Positions 50,648 to 60,800 of a DNA stretch of 64,000 bases are shown in pieces. This DNA is from Pseudomonadota bacterium (lineage in GTDB: Bacteria; Desulfobacterota; Desulfobacteria; Desulfobacterales; JBDRRP01). The DNA lies in contig JBDRRP010000092.1 in assembly GCA_043825735.1 (NCBI GenBank), positions 1 to 64,000 on the forward strand. Direction: 5' to 3'. Made by a program: the position numbers and the translations under genes. The notes below the pieces were generated by a model. The model had not been told where the DNA came from. It worked only from the letters and a program-made list of their open reading frames with translations, and did no database searches. Every line of letters begins with the position of its first letter. Position 1 is the stretch's first letter.

Positions 50648-51595
50648 CTACTCGCAGGGACCGTTGAAAGCCTTGTTTCCCAGCCAGTCGTTCACGAAAT
50701 GAAGGGTCACGTCGGTGGTTTGGCCCGATGCGCTCGCAGCCTGGGCAAGAGGGCCCCTGAGGGCGTCTGCCTCCGGGGCGGCGTCGATGAGGGCATAAAG
50801 GGAGATGCTGCGTTTATAGAACCCTGCGGCTTCCCGGAGGCGGTCCTGGGTCGCGCGGATGTCGCCCATGGCTTTGAGATCGTCGGCCATGCCGCGGTAG
50901 TATCCCTGGAGATGATCGGCCGCCAGTGCTTTTTCAAAATGCGCCATACCGGCGTCAAGGTCTCCATCGGAGCGGGCCAGATGCCCCAGGGAGTAGTGGA
51001 TGAGCGCGGCGGTGGCGGTGTCATTATCTCCGACGGATGTCATCGCCTGGGCCAGCAGCGCCCGGGCCGCATCAGGGTTCCCGCGTCGCATCTGAAGCAC
51101 TGCGTCGGCAGCCAAAAGGGGCGCGGCATCGGGGCCGGCAGGCGGCCCGGCGGCGCGGGCTTCGGACAGGGCGGCATCGGCGGCATCGTATCGGCCGAGA
51201 TGCGTGAGCGCTGTGGTTTTGTTCACCAGGGTTGCGCGCATGCTGGCGGTATTGGCGCTGCCGAGATCGATATCGAGCGCTTCGTTGAAAAAGACCAGTG
51301 CACTATCGGCTTTCCCGGTGCGCAGGTAGGTGTTGCCCATGTTATTGAGGCAGACGGCCATCTCCTGCAGGTGATCGCCGGCCACCAGTTCCGGGTATGC
51401 CCTGCGGTAGTGGTGCAATGCCTTGGGGTAGCAGCCTTTGCGGTACCATGCGTCGGCCTTCTGCAGTTCCTTTACACCGGCGCTCAGATGCGGTGCGGCG
51501 GGCGTGGCCAGCTGACGGCTGCCGCCGCAGGCGACCGCGCTCATGATCAGCAAGATGATTGTCAGGCTCCGGCGGATGGGATGTGCCGTGTTCAT
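50648..51595 (-). CDS. TPR-repeat lipoprotein
   Basis: Lipobox AVAC; repeated TPR motifs (LNNMGNTY, YSLGHLA). Confidence 0.8.
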   Translation of the reverse strand: MNTAHPIRRSLTIILLIMSAVACGGSRQLATPAAPHLSAGVKELQKADAWYRKGCYPKALHHYRRAYPELVAGDHLQEMAVCLNNMGNTYLRTGKADSALVFFNEALDIDLGSANTASMRATLVNKTTALTHLGRYDAADAALSEARAAGPPAGPDAAPLLAADAVLQMRRGNPDAARALLAQAMTSVGDNDTATAALIHYSLGHLARSDGDLDAGMAHFEKALAADHLQGYYRGMADDLKAMGDIRATQDRLREAAGFYKRSISLYALIDAAPEADALRGPLAQAASASGQTTDVTLHFVNDWLGNKAFNGPCE

Positions 51596-51843
51596 GGTGG
51601 CAGGGCTCCGATGAGGGGCTGTGGTCGCATGGGGCGGATAACGTAAAAAACATACACCGTCGGCCGTGGAAAGTCAAAGCAGCCGGCAATGCCGAAGCAA
51701 TCACTGCTTGACCTGGCGGCCGGCTTGTGCTCAAAAGTTTCTGATACGCTGGGCAACCGGCTGATGACGGGGCATGTGATCCGCCGCCTTAAGGGGCCAG
51801 AGAAACGGGATGGCTGGTCGCCAGCGTGCCGGAGGAGTTGCCA

Positions 51844-52227
51844 ATGCGGGAAATCATTTGGATCGGCGCAGGGGGTTTCATCGGTGCCGTTCTGCGCTAC
51901 CTGGTCAGTGGCAGGGTGCAGGACATGAGCGGCAGCATCAATTTCCCCTGGGGCACCCTGACGGTCAACCTAATGGGATGCCTGGTGATTGGCGCACTCA
52001 CCCACATGGCCGAGGCGCGCTCACTGTTTTCCCCGGAAACCCGGATGTTTCTGCTGGTGGGCATCCTCGGTTCCTTCACTACGTTTTCAACATTTGCCAA
52101 CGAGTCCCTCAGCCTGATACGATCGGGACAGGTTTCCCTGGCCTTGGTTTACGTGGGAGCCCATACTGTCATCGGCATCTTTTTCGTGCTTATCGGGTAC
52201 GCCGGCTCGCACACCATCTGGAGATAA
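51844..52227 (+). CDS. crcB: Fluoride efflux channel CrcB/FluC
   Basis: GGFIGAVLRY, FPWGTL.VN, GSFTTFSTF. Confidence 0.95.
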   Translation: MREIIWIGAGGFIGAVLRYLVSGRVQDMSGSINFPWGTLTVNLMGCLVIGALTHMAEARSLFSPETRMFLLVGILGSFTTFSTFANESLSLIRSGQVSLALVYVGAHTVIGIFFVLIGYAGSHTIWR

Positions 52228-52229
52228 TC

Positions 52230-52568
52230 GTGAACTTACCGGAAACCGGCTGCCTGCTGCGTATTTTTATTGGCGAGTCCGATCGCGCCGACGGAAAGCC
52301 TCTATACGAGTGGATCATTCTGAAGGCCAAGGCGCATGGACTGGCAGGGGCCACGGCATGGCGGGCCATGATGGGCTACGGAGCCAACAGTCGTATTCAC
52401 ACCAGCAAGATATTACGGCTTTCGGCGGATATGCCCGTCATTATCGAAATGGTGGATGTTCGCGAAAAGCTGGAAGCTTTTCTTGACGCAATCGATCCGC
52501 ATATCCACGGCGGCCTGGCCACTCTCGAAGCCGCCCAGGTGCGCTTTTACCGGGGCAAGCCGAAGTAG
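52230..52568 (+). CDS. DUF190 (PII-like) protein
   Basis: LLRIFIGESD..PLYE...GAT..R..GYG..S..H; typical crcB neighbour. Confidence 0.88.
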   Translation: MNLPETGCLLRIFIGESDRADGKPLYEWIILKAKAHGLAGATAWRAMMGYGANSRIHTSKILRLSADMPVIIEMVDVREKLEAFLDAIDPHIHGGLATLEAAQVRFYRGKPK

Positions 52569-52608
52569 CCCATTCTTATCAGGGCGGGCCCATACCAAGG
52601 AGACGAGC

Positions 52609-52992
52609 ATGACGAACCAAACCGTTCACACGCCTCAGGCACCAGCGGCGATCGGCCCATACTCCCAGGCCATCATCAGCGGCCACCACGTGTTTGTCAG
52701 CGGACAACTGGGAATGGAACCGGCGTCGGGCAATTTGGTGGGGCCGGCGCTGGCCGATCAGGCTCGTCAGGCGTTGGCGAATCTAAAGCAGATCGTCCTG
52801 GCGGCCGGCAGCGCCATGGACCGGGTAGTGGCCGTGGACGTGTTTCTGACGGATATGGGTGATTTTATCGAGTTCAACGGTATCTATGCTGAGGCTTTCG
52901 GCGATCACAAACCAGCCAGGGCGGTGGTGGCCGTGGCGGGGTTGCCCAAGGGGGCCTGCGTGGAGATCAAATGCATTGCGACTCTGGCCTGA
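52609..52992 (+). CDS. RidA/YjgF family enamine deaminase
   Basis: PAAIGPYSQA, SGQLG, PARA, LPKG..VEI. Confidence 0.92.
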   Translation: MTNQTVHTPQAPAAIGPYSQAIISGHHVFVSGQLGMEPASGNLVGPALADQARQALANLKQIVLAAGSAMDRVVAVDVFLTDMGDFIEFNGIYAEAFGDHKPARAVVAVAGLPKGACVEIKCIATLA

Positions 52993-53049
52993 CCGCGCTG
53001 ACCGCGCCTTTCGGTGTTGCACGACCGGTCGGTGACGGGCACTCATTAA

Positions 53050-53181
53050 TGACAAACTCATAAAAAAGCAATTTTCTCGCAAAGACGCCAAGTGCGCCAA
53101 GAAAAACATTCTTAATATCAATGTATTAGAATTTCTATTGGTGCGGATTTGCGAGAGGTCCCGACTTTTTCAGGACTATCA
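53050..53181. repeat. Composite palindromic element (CGCAAAG/CGCCAAG type)
   Basis: AAAAAAGCAATTTTCTCGCAAAGA.GCCAAGTGCGCCAAGAAAAACATT shared with 61547-61680. Confidence 0.85.
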
Positions 53182-53202
53182 TTATTGGGAGATTGAAAAA
53201 CG

Positions 53203-55416
53203 ATGGCGGGCAATGGCAAACTCCTGGACGATGAGGCCGAAAAGCTTTTTCAGGAACTTCTCGGCATCGATACTGCTTATGGAAAAGACGGCCTTTCTGA
53301 GAGCCTCAATTCGGTGCTCCAGCAGCAGGATGCGCACTGCTTTATCATTATCGACCTGCTGGATCAGGTGGCTTCTTATATGACGCGTTGTGCCGACAGC
53401 GGCGTGGACCCCGTCGATGCCGAAACACTCGACAACATTCTGGGTTGCATCGACACCCTCGCCAGGGAGACCGACGGTGAACCGCACCTGGTTGTGAGAT
53501 ACTGTGGTTACAGTGAACCCGGGCAAGCCGAAGAGGTGGTCGACTACGAACTGGTGCTTCAGAATCTGCGCACCAACAGTGCCGCCATCACCGCAATGGT
53601 CAGCCGCTACGGTGAGGAGCGCGCAGGCTACGTCGATATTGCCCGTCGCGCGTTTGAGACACTCGCCCATCACGGCGTTATGAGCCTGTCCCTCAAATTG
53701 TCCACGGAAGAGGGTGCGCTTCGGCGGATGCCGCTGAGCATCACGCTACAGGTTCTTGCCCGGTTCAGGACCGCTGTCCAGACCGATGCGCCCATCGTAT
53801 TTACCCGCGGGCAGAAAACACTCCAATTGCCAGTGATCTCAGACGCGTACGGCGTGCCGAGCGAGAACCTGACCTTGCTATCGGCTGTTAATGGCATCGC
53901 TCCCCAGTCCATTGCCGCCGCCATTGCCAAACTCCAGGCCTCCGGTGTCATTGACCGCTATCTGGGTAGTTATGAAGCCCTGGTATCGCTGCATAAAAAA
54001 ACGCCCCAGCTCAGCAAACCACCCCTGGAGGTCAACAATTTCATGTGGCTGATGGCTGACGCGGATGGCGCTGAGATATCTCCGGAGCAGGCGCAGGTGG
54101 CCCGGCTGGCGGTTAAAGCCGCGCGCCATGCGCCGCTGCAGGCGGCATCGATGATTCAGGCCGTATACGGAGATGACTATGAACACATTGATGCCACCCG
54201 GTTGGGGCATCGCCTGAATGTGTCGACGGGGCTGCTCAATGCCGTCGATGAAGTGCCCGAGGGCTCGCCCATCGAAAGCGAAATCCTCAACAATCTCGAA
54301 CACCGCCTGGACGTGGTGGCCGACAAGGTGTTCGACGATCTGTTCTCAAAGGAGCGCCTGGCCGCATCCGGCGGTGGCGACTTTCTGGTGGGTCTGAACG
54401 ATAAGCTGCGGACCATGGTCAGTTTTTACAAGCGGCGCTGTGATGTCCGCCGCAAGCTTCAGCGGATCGTCCATGCTGATGTGGATTTAACCGATGACGA
54501 GTACGAGGCGCTCGCCAAGGACTACCGGATTTCGGCCGAGGACAGCCGCGAGATGATCCGTTTGCTGCGCACCTGCTTTTCGGGCGACGGGCGTTTCAGC
54601 AAGCGGGCGTTTCAGCAGGTCGTTTCCGTACTCAAACGCTATGAAGAAAAGATACTGGAGTTTCTCTGGAAATACCTCATGGAAGGCATCCATGAAGATG
54701 ACCGCATCGTGTTTCTCAACGCCCTTCAGCTGTTGATCGCCCAGATGGCCCAACCCAAGCGCTCAATCGGCATATTGCTTTCTGATTTTTACCGGGACAG
54801 CCAGCAGGTGAAGTACTCCGATGCCAAGGCCCTCATGCTCTGCTCGCTGTTGGTGCGGCGCTACACCAAGGCCCTGGTCGATGTGGAGATGACGCCCGAA
54901 GAAGTGCTGCAGATCGACGACAGTGTCGACACCGCCATCGCCGGATATGTGGCCTGGAAAATCGACAGGGATCAAAAGCGGTTTTTTGAAAAGATTCAGA
55001 CCATTCACCAACTCCTGATCGCGCTGTTGAACGCGGGCGACGCCGAGCCTACCGGCATGTCGCCGGAAACGCTTCTGGAACTCGAGCGGGAGTCTTATCT
55101 TTTTCTGGCCCTGGTGGGCGGCCTGACGGCTCGGTCGGTGATCCTGAGCGCCATCAAGGAGTACGGTGATCCGGAGTCTGTCCTTTATCAGGGGCCACGG
55201 AAGGCGGTGCCTCTTTCCGTGTTTATGAAGAACCTGCGGGTGGCGGTGCGGGGGCTTGCCCGCGTGGGCAAACCCGAAGATATCTCGCTGCTCGATTTGG
55301 TGCATCGGCACAGTGACCGGCTCAATGCCCTGGACGCCTCGCCCAAGCATCATGAACAGGTCAAGCGCATTCTGGAATGGACCCAGATGTCCACCCGTAT
55401 TATCGGCGATGGATGA
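53203..55416 (+). CDS. Large hypothetical protein (737 aa), predicted helical
   Basis: Long ORF with host-like codon usage and GGGAG RBS; no motif recognised. Confidence 0.8.
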   Translation: MAGNGKLLDDEAEKLFQELLGIDTAYGKDGLSESLNSVLQQQDAHCFIIIDLLDQVASYMTRCADSGVDPVDAETLDNILGCIDTLARETDGEPHLVVRYCGYSEPGQAEEVVDYELVLQNLRTNSAAITAMVSRYGEERAGYVDIARRAFETLAHHGVMSLSLKLSTEEGALRRMPLSITLQVLARFRTAVQTDAPIVFTRGQKTLQLPVISDAYGVPSENLTLLSAVNGIAPQSIAAAIAKLQASGVIDRYLGSYEALVSLHKKTPQLSKPPLEVNNFMWLMADADGAEISPEQAQVARLAVKAARHAPLQAASMIQAVYGDDYEHIDATRLGHRLNVSTGLLNAVDEVPEGSPIESEILNNLEHRLDVVADKVFDDLFSKERLAASGGGDFLVGLNDKLRTMVSFYKRRCDVRRKLQRIVHADVDLTDDEYEALAKDYRISAEDSREMIRLLRTCFSGDGRFSKRAFQQVVSVLKRYEEKILEFLWKYLMEGIHEDDRIVFLNALQLLIAQMAQPKRSIGILLSDFYRDSQQVKYSDAKALMLCSLLVRRYTKALVDVEMTPEEVLQIDDSVDTAIAGYVAWKIDRDQKRFFEKIQTIHQLLIALLNAGDAEPTGMSPETLLELERESYLFLALVGGLTARSVILSAIKEYGDPESVLYQGPRKAVPLSVFMKNLRVAVRGLARVGKPEDISLLDLVHRHSDRLNALDASPKHHEQVKRILEWTQMSTRIIGDG

Positions 55417-55603
55417 TGGTCGGTGACATCGTTTTCGATGGCGGCGCTCGAGCCGGGCGGCCAGAGAGCCCTTCCCCGTCGCCCCATGACAGTACCCCGT
55501 GTGATGCCGCAGGAGAGTGGTTTCGCGCGTTTTATGAATGGCATTCAGTGTTTGATTCCAACCCCACACTTTCCTCTTGACATCAGATTACAGGCAGAAT
55601 AGG

Positions 55604-55618
55604 AATGGTCAAACCATT
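55604..55618. promoter_or_regulatory. FadR/GntR-type operator upstream of the GntR gene
   Basis: AATGGT-CAA-ACCATT palindrome, downstream of TTGACA at 55577; second copy at 61736. Confidence 0.7.
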
Positions 55619-55698
55619 TTAGGGCGTTCGGGCAGCGTCCATTTTTGCCTTTATCTATCTTAAATAACTGAAATATTTATACTTCGGCCGGCTGAGAT

Positions 55699-56448
55699 AT
55701 GTTTCGCATTGCCAAACAGAACCGCATCTTTCAGGATGTGGTGGATCAGATTCAGGAGGCAATTCTCCGCGGTGATCTTCGGCCGGGGGATACCCTGCCG
55801 CCTGAGCGAGACCTCAAGGAAACGTTTCAGACCAGCCGCGGCACCCTCCGGGAAGCCTTGCGGGTGCTCGAGCAAAAAGGCCTTATTGAGATCCGGTTGG
55901 GGGTGCGGGGCGGTTCGGTGGTGAAGGCCGCCACAGGAGAGCCGTTCTCAGAGAGCCTCGATCTGTTGATCCGATCCCAGAAAGTCTCCCTCAGCCATCT
56001 CGCCGAGTTCCGCGAAGGCGTCGAGGGCACGGTCGCCGCGATGGCTGCTGCCCGGGCATCGAAGAAGGACTTGCGGATACTGGAGGCGCTCCTGGCCGAG
56101 GCCAAGCGCCACGTGGCGACCGGTCCTGCGGCTTGGGATGAATTCGTTAACGTTGACAAGCGCTTTCACCAGGCACTGGCGCGAATTTCCGGAAATCCCA
56201 TCTACATTCTGATCAACCAGATGGTTCACGACAATATCCAGCGCTACTATGATGATTTTCTGCCGATTGATAGCCGTGTGCTTACTGAAAACTATACCGA
56301 TCTTTGCCAGATCCTGGACATCGTAAAAAGCGGCGACAGCGAAGCGGCCCGGCGGGTGGCCGCTCGACATGTTCAGCGATTCAACGAGTACATGGAGTCA
56401 AATGTACAGTGGGCGGCGGCGGATATCGTCCGTGAGCGCAGTGCCTGA
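55699..56448 (+). CDS. GntR/FadR-family transcriptional regulator
   Basis: LPPERDL...SRGTLREAL..LE.KGL wHTH; FCD domain (FH, N, H). Confidence 0.93.
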   Translation: MFRIAKQNRIFQDVVDQIQEAILRGDLRPGDTLPPERDLKETFQTSRGTLREALRVLEQKGLIEIRLGVRGGSVVKAATGEPFSESLDLLIRSQKVSLSHLAEFREGVEGTVAAMAAARASKKDLRILEALLAEAKRHVATGPAAWDEFVNVDKRFHQALARISGNPIYILINQMVHDNIQRYYDDFLPIDSRVLTENYTDLCQILDIVKSGDSEAARRVAARHVQRFNEYMESNVQWAAADIVRERSA

Positions 56449-56483
56449 GGCGGTTGTTTTGCTTCCGACCCATTGAACAGTTT

Positions 56484-56569
56484 GCCACGAAGAACACGAA
56501 GATCACGAAGAAGATCTTCAACAACAATAAGTTATAAAAAGACTTCATGTGCTTCGTGAATTTCGTGGT
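56484..56569. repeat. Tri-heptamer palindromic element (CACGAAG type)
   Basis: CACGAAG-AA-CACGAAG-AT-CACGAAG / CTTCATG-TG-CTTCGTG-AA-TTTCGTG. Confidence 0.85.
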
Positions 56570-56660
56570 GATTGAAAAGCGGCCATCGGTGCGGCCGTTG
56601 ACACCACTGCGGCGCTTCATAGAGAAGCAAAACCCTAAAAAGCATGGCAGTTGACATCGG

Positions 56661-57425
56661 ATGACCCAACTTCGCCTTGACAACATCAGCGTGAGATTCG
56701 GTGGGCTTCAGGCCCTGAGCGACATTTCCTTCAGCGTCAACGCCGGTGAAATTGTCGGTCTCATCGGACCCAACGGCGCCGGGAAAACGACGATTTTCAA
56801 TGTCATCACCGGCGTATACAAGGCCTCGGACGGCGATGTGCAGTTGGACGGCAAGAGCCTGATCGGCCTTCGCCCTTACCAGATTCTGACCAGCGGTATT
56901 GCCCGCACATTTCAGAACATTCGGCTGTTTACCGTCATGACCGCCCTTGAAAATGCGATGGTGGCGCTTCACAGCCGCTCCAAAAAAGGGGTCGTGGGGG
57001 CCGTGCTGCGCACGCCCTCCCAGCGACGGGAGGAGCGATATATTCAGGAAAAGGCCTATGAGGCGCTGGAATTCATGGGCGTGGACCGGTTTGCCGACGT
57101 CGCTGCAGCCAACCTGCCTTATGGTCACCAGCGTCGGCTGGAGATCGCGCGGGCGCTCGCCTCGCAGCCGAAACTGCTGCTTCTCGACGAACCCGCCGCC
57201 GGGATGAATCCGATCGAGAGTCTGGCGCTGATGAAAGATATCGCCCGGATTTCGGATCTGGGAATCAACGTGCTCCTGGTGGAGCATGATATGAAAGTCG
57301 TGATGGGTGTCTGCCACCGGATCGTATGTATCGATCATGGTGTGAAAATTGCGGAGGGCACGCCCCAGGAAATTCAACGGGACCCGAAAGTGATCGAGGC
57401 CTATCTGGGAAAACCCGCCCAATAA
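56661..57425 (+). CDS. livG: HAAT-family ABC transporter ATP-binding protein
   Basis: GPNGAGKT, RTFQNIRLF, LPYG, LLDEPAAG, VIEAYLG. Confidence 0.9.
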   Translation: MTQLRLDNISVRFGGLQALSDISFSVNAGEIVGLIGPNGAGKTTIFNVITGVYKASDGDVQLDGKSLIGLRPYQILTSGIARTFQNIRLFTVMTALENAMVALHSRSKKGVVGAVLRTPSQRREERYIQEKAYEALEFMGVDRFADVAAANLPYGHQRRLEIARALASQPKLLLLDEPAAGMNPIESLALMKDIARISDLGINVLLVEHDMKVVMGVCHRIVCIDHGVKIAEGTPQEIQRDPKVIEAYLGKPAQ

Positions 57426-57452
57426 AAACCGTTACCGAGAAGGAGGTTCAGG

Positions 57453-58589
57453 ATGAGGAAAAAGGTTTTTCTGCTGCTGGTTGCCGGTTTGTTGCTGGTT
57501 CCGTTCATTTGTGGATCCGCTGTCGCCAAGACCCTGAAGATCGGGACGATGAGCCCGCTGACAGGGCCCTATGCGGCCGATGGCAACGACATCGCCAACG
57601 GCGCCAAGGCTGCCGTGGCCGTCATCGAAGCCGAAGGCGGCGTCCCCGGATTCGATGCCATCGAAGTTTTTCCCCAGGACACGGCCTGCGATCCGCGCCA
57701 GGCGGTCTCTTCTGCCAACAAACTCATCAATGAAGGCGTTGTCGGTGTCGTGGGGGCCTATTGCTCCTCGTCCACCATCCCGGCATCAGAAGTCCTTGCC
57801 GAAGAAGACATCCCCATGCTCACACCCGCCTCCACCAATGAAAAGGTCACCGAGCGGGGACTGCCCTACATGTTCCGCGTCTGCGGCCGCGACGATGATC
57901 AGTCCAAGATCGCCGGCCGGTTCATGGCCGAATACCTCAAAGCCAAGACCGTGTACATCGTCGATGACAAAACGACATACTCCCAGGGCCTGGCTGAAAA
58001 CGTCGCCAAGGTGGCCGCGGCCGCCGGGATGACGGTGCTCAATCATGATCACGTGAACCAGGGTGACAAGGACTTTTCCGCGGTCCTGACCAAGATCAAA
58101 TCCGCCAACCCGGATGTCTTCTACATGAGCCTGCAGAATTCGGCCACCGGCAGCCTCATGGCCATCCAGGCCAAGCGGTTCGGCCTCAAGTGCGCCATCT
58201 TGGCTCAGGATGCCGTCTACCACCCGCAGTTCATCGACATCGCCAAAGATGCGGCCGAGGGGGTCTATCTCACCTTCGGTTTCTCCGACAAGGGAACGCC
58301 GACCTACAAGAAGTACATCGATCAGTACAGCAAGATGTTCGGCAAACCGGGAGCCTATTCCGGGTATGCCTATGATGCGGCCTACGTGCTGCTGAGCGCC
58401 ATCAAAAAGGCGGGCTCCACGGACCCGGCCAAAATCAAGGCCGAGATCATGAAGATGGATTTCGACGGCGCCACCAAGCGCATCAAGTTTATGGAAAACG
58501 GTGACTCCGGCTCCGACTACGTGATCTACAAGGTTGTCGGCGGCGAGTTCAAGACATTCTGGAACCCGCTCACCGGCAAGTTGTTCTAA
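57453..58589 (+). CDS. livK: HAAT-family amino acid ABC substrate-binding protein
   Basis: Signal peptide, SPLTGPYA, DTACDP, GAYCSS, DKTTYSQGLA. Confidence 0.88.
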   Translation: MRKKVFLLLVAGLLLVPFICGSAVAKTLKIGTMSPLTGPYAADGNDIANGAKAAVAVIEAEGGVPGFDAIEVFPQDTACDPRQAVSSANKLINEGVVGVVGAYCSSSTIPASEVLAEEDIPMLTPASTNEKVTERGLPYMFRVCGRDDDQSKIAGRFMAEYLKAKTVYIVDDKTTYSQGLAENVAKVAAAAGMTVLNHDHVNQGDKDFSAVLTKIKSANPDVFYMSLQNSATGSLMAIQAKRFGLKCAILAQDAVYHPQFIDIAKDAAEGVYLTFGFSDKGTPTYKKYIDQYSKMFGKPGAYSGYAYDAAYVLLSAIKKAGSTDPAKIKAEIMKMDFDGATKRIKFMENGDSGSDYVIYKVVGGEFKTFWNPLTGKLF

Positions 58590-58603
58590 TCTGTGCAGAC
58601 CAC

Positions 58604-58634
58604 CGCTTCCCGGCACGCGATGTGCCGGGAAGCG
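58604..58634 (+). terminator. Stem-loop after the binding-protein gene
   Basis: CGCTTCCCGGCAC-gcgat-GTGCCGGGAAGCG. Confidence 0.65.
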
Positions 58635-58672
58635 TTACCCCATCTGCGTGCTGAGATGAATCAGGATCCCTT

Positions 58673-59584
58673 ATGGAGTTCTTCCTTCAACAGCTGATCA
58701 ACGGGTTGACCCTGGGCGGCATTTACGCGCTCATCGCCCTGGGCTATACGATGGTTTACGGAATCATCCAACTCATCAACTTTGCCCATGGTGAGTTTTT
58801 TGCCGCCGGCGGGTATGTGGGGGTCATTCTCCTGAGTTATCTGGCGGCAAATGGCTATCTTCAGAGTCATCCCTGGTTGTGTCTGGGCGGCTCCATGGTA
58901 CTGGCGATGGTTTACTGCGCCTTTTTGGCCATGGCCGTGGAAAAACTCGCCTACAAGCCGCTGCGTCGCGCATCGCGGCTCGCGGTGCTGCTCAGCGCCC
59001 TGGGGATGAGCATTTTCCTGCAAAATGGCCTGATGTTGACCCAGGGCGTCTACGATCTGCCTTATCCCGCGGAGTTCTCCCAGGGCCGCTTTGAACTCGG
59101 CATGATCACCGTCAGCTATCTGCAGATCGTCATTTTCGCCGTCACCGTGGTGCTGCTGATCGTTTTGAATCTGCTGGTTTTCAAGACCCGCATCGGCAAG
59201 GCCATGCGCGCCACGGCCCAGGACAAGGTCATGAGCGCCCTGGTGGGCATCAACAGCAACCGGATCATCAGTCTGACCTTCGCTATCGGGGCCGGCCTGG
59301 CGGCGGCCGCCGGCATTATGGTGGGGCTCTACTACGGTTCGGTGCGCTACGATATGGGGTTCGTGCCCGGGATCAAAGCCTTTGCCGCGGCGGTTCTGGG
59401 CGGCATCGGCAACATCACCGGCGCCATGGTGGGCGGCCTCATCATCGGGATGGTGGAGATCTTCGCGGCCGGTTACGTGTCCGGCCAGTACAAGGACGTT
59501 TTCGCTTTTATCATTCTAATCGGTGTGCTCTATTTCATGCCCACCGGCATCATGGGTGAGAATGTCGATGATACCCGCGTCTAA
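58673..59584 (+). CDS. livH: HAAT-family ABC permease
   Basis: QQLINGLTLG, INFAHGE, GKAMRA, AAVLGGIG. Confidence 0.9.
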   Translation: MEFFLQQLINGLTLGGIYALIALGYTMVYGIIQLINFAHGEFFAAGGYVGVILLSYLAANGYLQSHPWLCLGGSMVLAMVYCAFLAMAVEKLAYKPLRRASRLAVLLSALGMSIFLQNGLMLTQGVYDLPYPAEFSQGRFELGMITVSYLQIVIFAVTVVLLIVLNLLVFKTRIGKAMRATAQDKVMSALVGINSNRIISLTFAIGAGLAAAAGIMVGLYYGSVRYDMGFVPGIKAFAAAVLGGIGNITGAMVGGLIIGMVEIFAAGYVSGQYKDVFAFIILIGVLYFMPTGIMGENVDDTRV

Positions 59585-60800
59585 GAAAATCTGGAAAACC
59601 TATCTGATCGCAATGATCTGGCTGTTTGCGCTGCTCTGGCCGCTGCTCGGCATCCACAAGGACGGCACCCTGTCCGTCAAGACGACTGTCACCGTTTGGG
59701 CCTATATCGCGGTGGGGCTGCTGGTCTGTGTGCTCTTGAATCTGCTGAAAAAAAGCGGGCGGCTCGATGTCGTCATCGCACCTCTGACCACTGCCCGCGG
59801 TGCCGTCGCCGGCGGATTTTCGAGAACACCCCGCTGGTTGTTGCTCACGGTGCTGATGGGGGTGATGATCTACTATCCCTATTTCGGCTTCGTGGACCGC
59901 TACATGACCGATGTGGCCATCATGGTGCTGGTCTATGTCTGTCTCGGTCTGGGGCTTAACATCGTGGTGGGCCTGGCCGGGTTGCTCGATCTGGGGTACA
60001 TTGCCTTCTATGGGGTGGGGGCTTACACCTACGCACTGCTCAGCATACACTACCACTTTCCTTTCTGGATGGCACTGCCCGTCGCTGCCGGGATTGCCGC
60101 CATTGCCGGATGCATCATCGGCTACCCGACGCTGCGCATGCGCGGCGATTACCTGGCCATCGTGACCCTGGGCTTTGGCGAGATCGTCCGGCTGATTCTC
60201 AACAACTGGATGTCGCTTACCAATGGGCCCAATGGGATTCTCGGCATCGATCCGCCGGGGATCTATCTCCCCCATTTCGCCGGCGGTTTTTCGCTGGAGC
60301 ATCTGTGGCTCAAGAAACTTGAGTATCTCTACTATGTGATTCTCGCGCTGGCCGTGTTCACCATTTTCGCTGTTCACCGCCTCAATTTCTCACGGATCGG
60401 GCGCGCCTGGGAAGCCATCCGGGAAGATGAGACCGCTGCCGAACTGATGGGGGTCAACACGTTTATGCTCAAGCTGCTTGCCTATGCCATGGGCGCGGTG
60501 TTCGGAGGGCTTGCCGGGGCCTTCTTCTCGGCCCGGATGCGGTTCGTCAGCCCGGAGAGTTTCACCTTTATCGAATCGGCCATGGTACTGGCCATGGTGG
60601 TGCTGGGCGGTATGGCCTCCATCCCCGGGATCCTCCTCGGCGTTGCCGCGCTGATCGTTTTGCCGGAAGTATTTCGAGATTTCGAACTCTACCGCATGCT
60701 CGCCTTCGGTGCGGCCATGACCGTCATGATGATCTTCCGGCCGGCCGGGTTGATTCCGGCCAAGCGTATGGCAGGGCGCTCGGAAGAGAAGGAGGGATAG
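59562..60800 (+). CDS. livM: HAAT-family ABC permease
   Basis: GLNIVVGLAGLLDLGY, RGDYLAIVTLGFGE, AIREDE. Confidence 0.9.
   Translation: MSMIPASKKIWKTYLIAMIWLFALLWPLLGIHKDGTLSVKTTVTVWAYIAVGLLVCVLLNLLKKSGRLDVVIAPLTTARGAVAGGFSRTPRWLLLTVLMGVMIYYPYFGFVDRYMTDVAIMVLVYVCLGLGLNIVVGLAGLLDLGYIAFYGVGAYTYALLSIHYHFPFWMALPVAAGIAAIAGCIIGYPTLRMRGDYLAIVTLGFGEIVRLILNNWMSLTNGPNGILGIDPPGIYLPHFAGGFSLEHLWLKKLEYLYYVILALAVFTIFAVHRLNFSRIGRAWEAIREDETAAELMGVNTFMLKLLAYAMGAVFGGLAGAFFSARMRFVSPESFTFIESAMVLAMVVLGGMASIPGILLGVAALIVLPEVFRDFELYRMLAFGAAMTVMMIFRPAGLIPAKRMAGRSEEKEG

Noticed and set aside
51680..51790. Fluoride riboswitch upstream of crcB (AACCGGCTGATGAC resembles its 3' part)
   Set aside because: The 5' GGCGATGG...TCGCC stem and pseudoknot partner were not found at the proper distance; needs an Rfam scan
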